This document shows, piece by piece, positions 1-8,106 of a DNA stretch of 32,000 nucleotides. The notes under the pieces were generated by a model. The model saw only the letters and a program-made list of their open reading frames with translations, ran no database searches and was not told where the DNA came from. The DNA is from Moraxella nasicaprae (lineage in GTDB: Bacteria > Pseudomonadota > Gammaproteobacteria > Pseudomonadales > Moraxellaceae). A program made the position numbers and the translations under genes. Positions within the stretch are counted from its first letter, which is position 1. The number at the start of each line of letters is the position of its first letter. The stretch covers positions 1,650,001 through 1,682,000 of the forward strand of contig NZ_CP089977.1 of the NCBI RefSeq assembly GCF_025643275.1. The letters are read 5' to 3'.

Positions 1-2
1 AT

Positions 3-1646
3 GCTGCAAGCGACAAAGCCAAAACGGACAAAAAAGCCGTTCAGACAGACAAAGCGGAGAAAGGCACAAAGGCTGATAAAGGTACATCAAGCGATAAAGC
101 AGAAAGCACTGCCACAACCAACCAAGCCAATCAAACCGCTGCACAGGCATCTGGCAAGCAATCATCAAAAGCGGTTGATTTTATCCCTGCCAAGCAAGAT
201 GAGCAAGCCGAGCAATCTGCCTCCAAGACAGACAATCAATCAGCCAGCGATGACAAACAGCAGTCATCTGCGGTAGATGCGTCTGAAAATACAAATGCTG
301 ATGACGCTTCTACCACCAATCCAAGCGATATAACCAAGCAAACATCAGATGGCACGCCTGTTGCCAATGCGGTTGATATGAATGCGACTGGTGGCTATCC
401 GCTCAATCATGCGTTGCCAGCAATGGAGAGCCATCAGACCAATCCAATCTTGATGGTGGGGTTGTTATTTTTGGCTGGTTTGTTGCTTGCATTCACACCG
501 TGTATCTATCCAATGGTGCCGATTGTTGCCAATATTGTTGCACAAGGCGATAAACAGCAAAGTGCTAAGCGTGGTTTTGCACTATCAGCCGCTTATGGCG
601 TGGGTGTTGCGACCGCTTACGGGGTGCTGGGTGCAGCGATTGCGTGGTTTGGTCAGGCATTGGGTATTGCTGGTTGGTTCCAAAGACCTGCTGTATTGAT
701 TGGTGCAGCAGCATTATTTGTGCTATTTGCCCTGATGATGGCAGGCTGGGTGGAGATTCGTTTGCCTGCCAAGATTAGCCACGCCTTGCAGTCAAAATCT
801 CAGGCGGCTGATGATAAGCTGGGCAGTTTGTCGGGCAGTTTTTTAGCAGGTGCTTTATCTGCTTTGGTGGTATCGCCTTGCGTATCAGCACCGATGGCAG
901 GTGCATTGACCGCAGTATCAGTCAGCGGTAATGTGATTTTTGGTTTCTTGGCGTTATTTGCACTAGGGCTTGGCATGTCTGTACCTTTGATGATGATGGG
1001 GGCAGCACAGGGCAGATTTATGCCCAAAGCAGGTGCTTGGATGGTCAAGGTTCGAGAATTTGGTGCGTTACTATTGCTGGGTGTGGCACTGCTTTTGGTG
1101 GAGCGAGTTTTGCTATCGCCTGCAATGCTTGTGCTGTGGGCGGTATGGTTTGCGGTTGTGGCGATTTGGCTATACAAAATTGGCAAACCGATGTTCAAGC
1201 TACTGGCGATTTTGCCAGCAATTTGGGCAGGTTGTTTGCTTTATGGGGCAAGTCAAGGGTCTAGCAATGCATGGCAGCCACTCAAATCTACTGAAAAAAC
1301 CCAACATCAACAAGCCTATCCTGACATTCATGCTACTTCATTAGCACAGCTTGATGTGGTGCTGGCAAGCCGAGAAAAAGCGCTGGTCGATGTGACCGCT
1401 GAGTGGTGTGTCGAATGTCGTATCATGGAGCGAACTTTATTCACCAACCGTCCTGCGGCATTGGCAGACTATCAGGTGGTCAAGCTGGACATCACTGAGA
1501 CAACAGAAGACAGTCGTGCCATCTTGGCTCGCTATCAGTTGTTTGGACCACCTGCATTGCTGATTTATCAACAAGGCACATTAAAGCAAGTCTTGCTTGG
1601 CGAAACCAAACGAGAGGATTTTGAGCAAGCACTTAGCCAGCCTTGA
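3..1646 (+). CDS. dsbD: Thiol:disulfide interchange protein DsbD (5'-partial; the frame is open from the window edge)
   Basis: The listed ORF 378..1646 has a multi-pass membrane core with the 'FTPCIYPMVP' and 'VVSPCVSAPM' cysteine motifs and a C-terminal thioredoxin domain ('AEWCVECR'). The same frame (frame 3) has no stop back to position 3 and encodes a K/D/S/Q/A-rich low-complexity stretch. The gene therefore probably starts upstream of the window. An internal start at 378 cannot be excluded. Confidence 0.85.
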   Translation, partial: AASDKAKTDKKAVQTDKAEKGTKADKGTSSDKAESTATTNQANQTAAQASGKQSSKAVDFIPAKQDEQAEQSASKTDNQSASDDKQQSSAVDASENTNADDASTTNPSDITKQTSDGTPVANAVDMNATGGYPLNHALPAMESHQTNPILMVGLLFLAGLLLAFTPCIYPMVPIVANIVAQGDKQQSAKRGFALSAAYGVGVATAYGVLGAAIAWFGQALGIAGWFQRPAVLIGAAALFVLFALMMAGWVEIRLPAKISHALQSKSQAADDKLGSLSGSFLAGALSALVVSPCVSAPMAGALTAVSVSGNVIFGFLALFALGLGMSVPLMMMGAAQGRFMPKAGAWMVKVREFGALLLLGVALLLVERVLLSPAMLVLWAVWFAVVAIWLYKIGKPMFKLLAILPAIWAGCLLYGASQGSSNAWQPLKSTEKTQHQQAYPDIHATSLAQLDVVLASREKALVDVTAEWCVECRIMERTLFTNRPAALADYQVVKLDITETTEDSRAILARYQLFGPPALLIYQQGTLKQVLLGETKREDFEQALSQP

Positions 1647-1660
1647 TGACCAACAAAAAA

Positions 1661-1686
1661 CCACGCAATATTGGCGTGGTTTTTTT
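1661..1686 (+). terminator. Rho-independent terminator downstream of dsbD
   Basis: Stem ccacgcc/ggcgtgg around loop aatatt ('ccacgcaatattggcgtgg'), followed by a T7 run. It lies 15 nt after the dsbD stop codon. Confidence 0.75.
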
Positions 1687-2050
1687 CATGTTGATGATGT
1701 GTTTTTGATTCAAAATCAAATGGCTGTATTTTTAAGCAGGGCTGGGAGTGTGTTTTTTTGTGCGTACCTGATGTTAATTTGGGTTGATTGAAATTAATAC
1801 CCTCATCTTTTTTGGGTGCAAAAGACTGACAATGTTTATCCATCTTAGCATCATTGCCACGAACTGATGATTTTTGTTTTGGTCGGACTGGTTAATAAGC
1901 GAAGCGATAAAATATCCCAAGACAGACTTACCATCAAACCAAACCGCCAAAACAATCAATTTTCAATCAGATGAATCTTATCATCATGATTTGTCAGAAG
2001 ATGATATCCGCCAAAAGATAAGTCAATATATCTGACTTGTATAACAGCCA

Positions 2051-2080
2051 AAAAATAAACCCCAATGATAGGGGTTTATT
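2051..2080 (-). terminator. Rho-independent terminator downstream of the AGCS symporter gene
   Basis: On the minus strand the sequence reads 'ataaacccctatcattggggtttatttttt': a 9-bp stem plus a T-run, just after the stop at 2096. Confidence 0.7.
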
Positions 2081-2095
2081 GTTGGTGTAACGCCA

Positions 2096-3592
2096 TTATT
2101 TTTGGTTGTTGATTTTTTCTTCCCAGAAAGTGGCGTTTTTGATGCCCAGTTTGACGGGGTCAAAAGTATAATTTTTGATGCCAGCTTTTTGTTGGGCTTC
2201 GTAGTCTCTTAGGGCGATGATGGCAGGTTTTGCCATAAAGAAAATCACCAAGATACCCACGATATTTAGCCAAGCTGTCAAGCCAACCCCCACATCGCCC
2301 ATATTCCAGATATAGCCTGCACTATTGACCGCACCATAAGAGACGGCAAACATGAGGATGAGTTTGATGACAAAGCCTGCCAATTTTGAACCTTTGGTCA
2401 GGTATGCCATATTTACCTCGGCTATGTAGTAATAAGCCATAATGGTTGTGAATGAGAAGAAGAACACCGCAACCGCCACAAAGATATTACCAAAATTACC
2501 AAATAGGCTAGACACTGCCATCTGGGTAAAGGCTGGTGTACTAATGGCAGTGGCAGCATCAACATTTTGGACGATGAATTGACCATCTGGCAGTGTGCCT
2601 TGAATGTTGTACATGCCAGTCATCAAAATCATAAAGGCGGTTGCCGAGCAAACAAAGAGTGTATCAATATACACCGAAAAAGCCTGTACGATGCCTTGCT
2701 GAGCAGGGTGAGCAACCTCTGCGGCAGCAGCGTGATGAGGACCTGTACCTTGACCTGCTTCATTAGAATAGACACCACGCTTGACACCCCAGCCGATGGC
2801 AGCACCCAAACCTGCTTGGGCGGTAAACGCATCGCCAACGATAAGACCGATGACTTCTGGCAGTTTGGTGATGTTAAACAAAATGATGAGTAACGCCATC
2901 AAAATATAGCCTAACGCCATGAATGGCACGATAAATTCTGCCACACGAGCGATACGCTTAACACCGCCAAAGATGATGAGACCCAAAATCAAGACAATGG
3001 CAAGCGTCATCATCAGGGTGTTCATGCCAACATGACCAAATGAAGTGGCAACCATATTGCCTTCGCCAATCACGCCCGTCACTGCTTTGACCACGCCATT
3101 GGCTTGTACACCGGGCAAAAATAGACCGCAAGAAATGACGAACGAAATGGCAACGATAAAGCCATAAAACTTACCAAAAGCACCGCCAAAAAAGCGTTCA
3201 AAGTAGTAGGCAGGACCGCCACGATATTGACCATTGTCATTGATTTTGTAGATTTGGGCAAGGGTTGATTCGATGTAAGCGGTCGATGCACCTAAAAATG
3301 CCACAACCCACATCCAAAATACCGCACCTGGACCACCAAATCCGATGGCAGCGGCAACACCAGCAATATTACCCATACCAACACGACCTGACACCGAGAT
3401 GGCAAGTGCTTGAAATGAGCTGATGCCTTCTGGCGAATCATTACGGTCAAACAGCAGACGAATCATTTCCTTAAAATGACGCACCTGCATTAAACGAGTG
3501 AGGATTGAATAAAATAAACCAGCAGCCAAGCACAGATAAATCAGTGCAGGGCTCCAAATAATTCCATTAAGTGTATCGATGATACTTTCCAT
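2096..3592 (-). CDS. Alanine/glycine:cation (sodium:alanine) symporter, AGCS family
   Basis: Translation shows a polytopic membrane protein. The N-terminus 'MESIIDTLNGIIWSPALIYLCLAAGLFYS', then 'FQALAISVSGRVGMGNIAGVA' and 'SNEAGQGTGPHHAAAAEV', are typical of AGCS transporters. I chose the ATG at 3592 because a GGAGA sits 8 nt upstream. The longer ORF reaching 3700 adds a non-homologous leader. Confidence 0.9.
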   Translation of the reverse strand: MESIIDTLNGIIWSPALIYLCLAAGLFYSILTRLMQVRHFKEMIRLLFDRNDSPEGISSFQALAISVSGRVGMGNIAGVAAAIGFGGPGAVFWMWVVAFLGASTAYIESTLAQIYKINDNGQYRGGPAYYFERFFGGAFGKFYGFIVAISFVISCGLFLPGVQANGVVKAVTGVIGEGNMVATSFGHVGMNTLMMTLAIVLILGLIIFGGVKRIARVAEFIVPFMALGYILMALLIILFNITKLPEVIGLIVGDAFTAQAGLGAAIGWGVKRGVYSNEAGQGTGPHHAAAAEVAHPAQQGIVQAFSVYIDTLFVCSATAFMILMTGMYNIQGTLPDGQFIVQNVDAATAISTPAFTQMAVSSLFGNFGNIFVAVAVFFFSFTTIMAYYYIAEVNMAYLTKGSKLAGFVIKLILMFAVSYGAVNSAGYIWNMGDVGVGLTAWLNIVGILVIFFMAKPAIIALRDYEAQQKAGIKNYTFDPVKLGIKNATFWEEKINNQK

Positions 3593-3978
3593 TTGGGTAT
3601 CTCCGTGATAAGTGTGATAATAACGATAAAATCCATTGTCCGCCACACAAGCGGTATTTCCATGATTGCTGTTGCCCAACCATTGAATAATGATAGACAC
3701 AAGTTTTTATTCTTGCAATTTGCCACAAAACTGCAACAAAAGCCAGCAAAAATTACAATTTTTTGTAAAAAGTTACAATTTATAGATAATGTTTATTATT
3801 TTTTGAATTTGTTCATCGGTTTTTGTATTTTACCCATGCAATGACCGCTTGCCATAAAATGCTTTTTGTCATATTTTGTAATTGATGATTGAAAAAAGAG
3901 TATAAATTGAGTATTGTTAAGCGATGGACAATCCTAGTGATTGTGCGTCATGATAAAGTGAAGAATGTGGGAATTAAG

Positions 3979-4614
3979 ATGAAAAAATCAGCATTATTTT
4001 TGACATTGTTGGTGGGTAGCTTGACCTTGTCTGGTTGTGGCTATAATACCTTGCAAGCCCAAGACGAACAAACCAACGCTGCATGGTCGGAGGTGGTAAA
4101 CCAATACCAACGCCGTGCTGACCTTGTACCAAACCTTGTGGCGACGGTTGAGCGATATGCCAAGCATGAGCAGGCGGTATTTACCGAAGTGGCAGACGCT
4201 CGCTCCAAAGTGGGCAGTGTGCAAATCACACCTGAGACACTCAACGACCCAAATGCCATGGCTCAGTATCAAGCCGCTCAAAGCCAGATGACCTCAGCGT
4301 TATCTCGTTTGATGATGGTGTCAGAACGCTATCCAGAGCTAAAAGCAGATGGCATGTTCCAAGAGTTGCAAGCTCAGCTTGAAGGCACTGAAAACCGTAT
4401 TACTGTTGCTCGCAATCGCTACATCGAAGATGTCAAAACTTATAATGTGACTGTGCGTCAGTTCCCTACCAACCTAACAGCGATGGTGTTTGGGCTAAGC
4501 ACTAAGCCAAATTTTAGTGTTGAGAACGAAAAGGCAATCTCAACAGCACCAGCGGTTAATTTTGGCAATCAAGCCTCGCCAGATAGCAAGCCTACCACTC
4601 AATCTGGTCAATGA
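3979..4614 (+). CDS. lemA: LemA family protein (lipoprotein-type signal)
   Basis: 'MKKSALFLTLLVGSLTLSGCGYN' gives a signal peptide and lipobox. 'AWSEVVNQYQRRADLVPNLVATV', 'ELQAQLEGTENRITVARNRY' and 'YNVTVRQFPTNL' are LemA hallmarks. The start was moved to the internal ATG at 3979. Confidence 0.85.
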   Translation: MKKSALFLTLLVGSLTLSGCGYNTLQAQDEQTNAAWSEVVNQYQRRADLVPNLVATVERYAKHEQAVFTEVADARSKVGSVQITPETLNDPNAMAQYQAAQSQMTSALSRLMMVSERYPELKADGMFQELQAQLEGTENRITVARNRYIEDVKTYNVTVRQFPTNLTAMVFGLSTKPNFSVENEKAISTAPAVNFGNQASPDSKPTTQSGQ

Positions 4615-4643
4615 TTGACGGATTGTAGATTAAGGCTGTCAAA

Positions 4644-5717
4644 ATGAGACAAGCATTTACTCGATTTGCCAGATACGCCAAAGTGATGCTAGGGTCGGTC
4701 GCCCTATCGCTTGTGATGAATGCACAGGCGAGCGGTGTGGCGACTACCGACAATAAGGCTGTTGCCATTGCTCAGCAAAGCGTGTCAGATGGACAAGTTG
4801 TGCCACTATCACAAATGATGAGTGAAATGCACGATGATGAAAGAGGCAATCAACAAAAACAGTCCACAGCTCCACCCGCATCACAAGCACCAGCTGTCAG
4901 TCATGATAAGCTGATTTTAAATGAGCCTGTGGTTGATGCCGCTAGGATTCTGACCACTCCTCAAAAGCAATATCTTGCCAGTCAGCTACGCACAATTTAT
5001 GATGATAAATTGGCACAGGCAGCATTGGTCATCATACCCAGCACGAATGGCATGCCAATTTTTGATTATGCCATGCAAATTGCCAATCGCTGGCAGTTGG
5101 GTAATGCCGACACCGACAATGGACTATTGATTGTGGTGGCAGTCAATGACCGCAAGGTGCATATCTTGACTGGCTATGGCTTGGAAGGTGTCTTGCCTGA
5201 TGCGATTGTCAAGCGAATTATTCGTGAACAAATCACGCCATCATTTCGTCAGGGCGATTACGCTCAGGGTCTGTCAGCAGCGATTGCCAGTGTGGACGAA
5301 CGCCTCAGAGCCGACCCTGTCATTTTACAGCAAGCTGACGCCGCTCAGATGAATGATGCCCAAGACACCAATCAAGATGAGATGGGCGTGGTGGAATTAT
5401 TCATCATTTCATTGGTTGTTGGCGGTTTGTTGCGAGTGTTTTTTGGTCGCTTGATTGGTTCTGGGGCGGGTGTTTTGGTCTTTGTGGGTAATGCCTTATC
5501 TCTAGGTCTTGGCTTGTTTGTCATCATACCTGTTGCTGTTATTTTGTTTTTCCTAATCGCTGCTGGTAGCATGATTGGCATGATGCCAAGCGGTGGCGGG
5601 TTTAGCACTGGCGGTGGTGGGTTTGGCGGTGGTCGCTCAGGAGGCGGATTTGGTTCTGGCGGTTTTGGCGGCGGTGGCGGTAGTTTTGGCGGTGGTGGTG
5701 CAGGAGGTTCTTGGTAA
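4644..5717 (+). CDS. TPM-domain protein (YgcG-like) with TM segments and a glycine-rich C-terminal tail
   Basis: It has a signal peptide and a TPM/'methanol dehydrogenase beta-like' core ('LVIIPSTNG..IANRWQLGNADTDNGLLIVVAVNDRKVHILTGYGLEGVLPD'). Hydrophobic helices follow, then a 'GGGFSTGGGGFGGGRSGGGFGSGGFGGGGGSFGGGGAGGSW' tail. AAGG lies 8 nt upstream of the ATG. Confidence 0.8.
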   Translation: MRQAFTRFARYAKVMLGSVALSLVMNAQASGVATTDNKAVAIAQQSVSDGQVVPLSQMMSEMHDDERGNQQKQSTAPPASQAPAVSHDKLILNEPVVDAARILTTPQKQYLASQLRTIYDDKLAQAALVIIPSTNGMPIFDYAMQIANRWQLGNADTDNGLLIVVAVNDRKVHILTGYGLEGVLPDAIVKRIIREQITPSFRQGDYAQGLSAAIASVDERLRADPVILQQADAAQMNDAQDTNQDEMGVVELFIISLVVGGLLRVFFGRLIGSGAGVLVFVGNALSLGLGLFVIIPVAVILFFLIAAGSMIGMMPSGGGFSTGGGGFGGGRSGGGFGSGGFGGGGGSFGGGGAGGSW

Positions 5718-6235
5718 TGCAAACAATCGTATCACAACCAAGTGTGGCAAGATGGTTTCGCCAATGGTGTTTTGTACCAATATTACATCATCGCTGGCTA
5801 ACCAAAGCCGTCAAAGCTCATCTGACCCAAAAAGTCAGCCAAGCTGAACAGGGGCATCGTGGCGAGATTTGTGTCATCATCGAAAATCATTTGCCCATGA
5901 CAACCGCCTATCGCCAAGACTGCCGAGAACGGGCGTTGGCATTGTTCGCCAGTCAGCGGGTGTGGGACACTGCTGACAACACAGGCGTGCTGATTTATAT
6001 GAATTTATGCGAACATGATTTGCAAATCATCGCCGATCGTGGCATCAACCAAAAAATTCAACCAGAACATTGGCAGGCATTGTGCCATCATGCCATTGCT
6101 CAGATTCAGGCAAAAAGACCGCAACAAGCCATTGAATACTTGATTGATGAGATTGGTCATTTGTTGCGAGAACATTATCCTGATGATGACTTGCATGGTA
6201 ATGAACTGCCTGATTCATTGGTGCATTTGCGATGA
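5717..6235 (+). CDS. TPM-domain protein (second TPM gene of the lemA operon)
   Basis: 'GEICVIIENHLP...RVWDTADNTGVLIYMNLCEHDLQIIADRGI' is TPM-like. The ATG at 5717 overlaps the upstream TAA (TAATG), and AGGAGG lies 9 nt upstream, which suggests translational coupling. Confidence 0.75.
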   Translation: MQTIVSQPSVARWFRQWCFVPILHHRWLTKAVKAHLTQKVSQAEQGHRGEICVIIENHLPMTTAYRQDCRERALALFASQRVWDTADNTGVLIYMNLCEHDLQIIADRGINQKIQPEHWQALCHHAIAQIQAKRPQQAIEYLIDEIGHLLREHYPDDDLHGNELPDSLVHLR

Positions 6236-6252
6236 TTTTGGCAAATAAATTC

Positions 6253-6281
6253 TTGCAAGTATATAGATATTTTGGTAGAAT
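6253..6281 (+). promoter_or_regulatory. Candidate sigma70 promoter of rplU-rpmA
   Basis: TTGCAA (6253-6258), a 17-nt spacer, then TGgTAGAAT (extended -10, 6273-6281), about 90 nt upstream of rplU. Confidence 0.55.
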
Positions 6282-6369
6282 ATCGACCTATTTTGTATCC
6301 TTGTCGTGTTCGTTATCAAGTGCTATCAAGGGATAGCCACGACACACAGGTCTATTGGAGAACTGAACA

Positions 6370-6681
6370 ATGTACGCAGTTATTAAAAGTGGTGGCAAAC
6401 AACACCGTGTTAGCGTTGGCGAAACTTTGAAAGTTGAGCTACTAAAAGCTGAAAAAGGTGAAACCCTAAAAATCGAAGAAGTATTGATGGTTGTCAATGG
6501 TTCTGACATTAAAATCGGTGAGCCGCTGGTTGCTGGTGCAAGTGTAGAAGCCGAAGTTGTTGAGCATGGTCGTGGCAAAAAGGTGCGTATCGTTAAGCAT
6601 CGTCGCCGTAAGCACTACCACAAAGAGCAAGGTCATCGTCAATGGTACACCGAGCTTAAAATCAAAGCCATCAACGCTTAA
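6370..6681 (+). CDS. rplU: 50S ribosomal protein L21
   Basis: '[23 protein letters not shown]...[22 protein letters not shown]' is a canonical L21 sequence. Confidence 0.97.
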   Translation: MYAVIKSGGKQHRVSVGETLKVELLKAEKGETLKIEEVLMVVNGSDIKIGEPLVAGASVEAEVVEHGRGKKVRIVKHRRRKHYHKEQGHRQWYTELKIKAINA

Positions 6682-6743
6682 TTTTTCTACATTTATTTTT
6701 AATGCGATGGCAATAGCCCAGAGCATTCACAGGAGATATTCTC

Positions 6744-7001
6744 ATGGCACACAAAAAAGCCGCAGGTTCTACTCGTAACGGTCGTGATTCAAACCCAAAA
6801 ATGCTTGGCGTAAAAGTATTTGGCGGTCAAGATGTTGTTGCTGGTAACATCATCGTTCGTCAGCGTGGCACAGAGTTTCACGCTGGTGAAGGCGTAGGCA
6901 TGGGTCGCGACCACACGCTATTTGCCTTGACCGAAGGCGTGGTTAAATTTGAGACCAAAGGTCAATTTAACCGTCGCTATGTATCAGTTTTGGCGAAATA
7001 A
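6744..7001 (+). CDS. rpmA: 50S ribosomal protein L27
   Basis: '[29 protein letters not shown]...[13 protein letters not shown]' is a canonical L27 sequence. Confidence 0.97.
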   Translation: MAHKKAAGSTRNGRDSNPKMLGVKVFGGQDVVAGNIIVRQRGTEFHAGEGVGMGRDHTLFALTEGVVKFETKGQFNRRYVSVLAK

Positions 7002-7027
7002 TCTCGCTGACTGATTGATACAGTCTT

Positions 7028-7069
7028 AGACCTATTATGGAATATCCATGATGGGTCTTTTTTATTTTT
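7028..7069 (+). terminator. Rho-independent terminator after rpmA
   Basis: 'agacctattatgg-aatat-ccatgatgggtct' forms a 13-bp stem with 2 mismatches, followed by TTTTTATTTTT. Confidence 0.7.
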
Positions 7070-7172
7070 AAGCGTGATGTGCGGTTTGTAATATTTTTTG
7101 ATGGCAGATTGCAGGTTTATTTGTTTGGCATGGCATTCATCTACGGATAAACCATAAAATTAGGCCAAGACA

Positions 7173-7952
7173 TTGGATAATGTTTCTATTGCGTTTGCAA
7201 TCACTTTGGCGACAGGGCTTGCAACCGTTTTGGGTAGTGCATTGGTTTTTTCAAAAAACGCCCCTACGCACTTTGTCGTTCGGTTTGGCATTTGTGGTGG
7301 GGTGATGGTTTTTGTGTCTTTGACAAAGATTTTCAATAAATCGATTGAAAATTTTTGGCAAAGTCAGTTCATTTGGCTTGGCGTGGGTAGTGATTGCTTT
7401 TTTGGTGGGATTGGTGGGTGGTTGTGTTGGATTGATTGATTCCCAATCCGTACGAAACCTTAGATGTTCAAGACCCAAGATTTCACGACCAAAAGCAAAG
7501 TTACCTAAAACGCATTAGGCTAATGTCAGTTTTTGCAATTACGGCACATAATTTTCCTAAGGGTTTGGCGACCTTTTTTGCGACAGTCGAAAACCCAACC
7601 ATTGGATTGCCATTGGTATTGGCAATCGCTGTATATAATATTCCAGAGGGTATCTTGATTGCAGCACCGATTTATTTTGCCACCCAAAATAAGAAATTGA
7701 CGGTATTTGCTTGTTTGATTTCAGGATTGGCAGAACCGTTGAGGGCATTGATTGGCTATTTTTTGCTTAAATCATTGTTATCACCTGAAACTTTTGGCTG
7801 GGTGTTTGGTATTATCGCAGGCATCATGGTGTTTTGGCGTTGGACGAATTATTACCAGCAGCCAAACGCTATGCTGATGGGCATGAGACGGTTTATGGTT
7901 TGGTAGGTGGTATGGCGGTGATGGCATCAGTTTGGTGTTAGTTACTGCATAG
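7173..7952 (+). pseudogene. zupT: ZIP-family zinc transporter ZupT, pseudogene (multiple frameshifts)
   Basis: ZupT-like peptide blocks occur in the correct N-to-C order but switch among all three frames. The blocks include 'AITAHNFPKGLATFF', 'AIAVYNIPEGILIAAPIYFAT', 'LALDELLPAAKRYADGHETVYGLVGGMAVM' and 'ISLVLVTA*'. The ORF track splits the region into 7173..7439 and 7436..7906. Confidence 0.8.
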
Positions 7953-8106
7953 ATTTGCTGTATTCGTACATTAACCATCAGCCGTAGCCAGTCCTTGCAA
8001 ACCTTACAAAAACTGCCAGTAACGGCATAGTTATCCACCCTATGTTCATCAGTTAAAAACCAACTACTATCTTTGGGAGTGAGGGTATGGGTATTTTGAT
8101 GAATGA

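Noticed and set aside
1-276. A 91-aa K/R-rich ORF in frame 1 at the window start
   Set aside because: It is an alternative frame of the low-complexity DsbD-linked region. Frame 3 is open across the whole segment and continues into dsbD. The extreme basic composition is a by-product of the A/G-rich repeats.
5372-5722. A 116-aa proline-rich ORF on the minus strand
   Set aside because: It is the antisense reading of the GGN-rich codons that encode the glycine-rich tail of the TPM protein, so it is a mirror-image artefact.
7430-7441. The (gatt)3 tetranucleotide repeat at a zupT frameshift, considered as a phase-variation switch
   Set aside because: Three units are too few for efficient slipped-strand switching. 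The gene also carries several other independent frameshifts, so correcting this site would not restore function.
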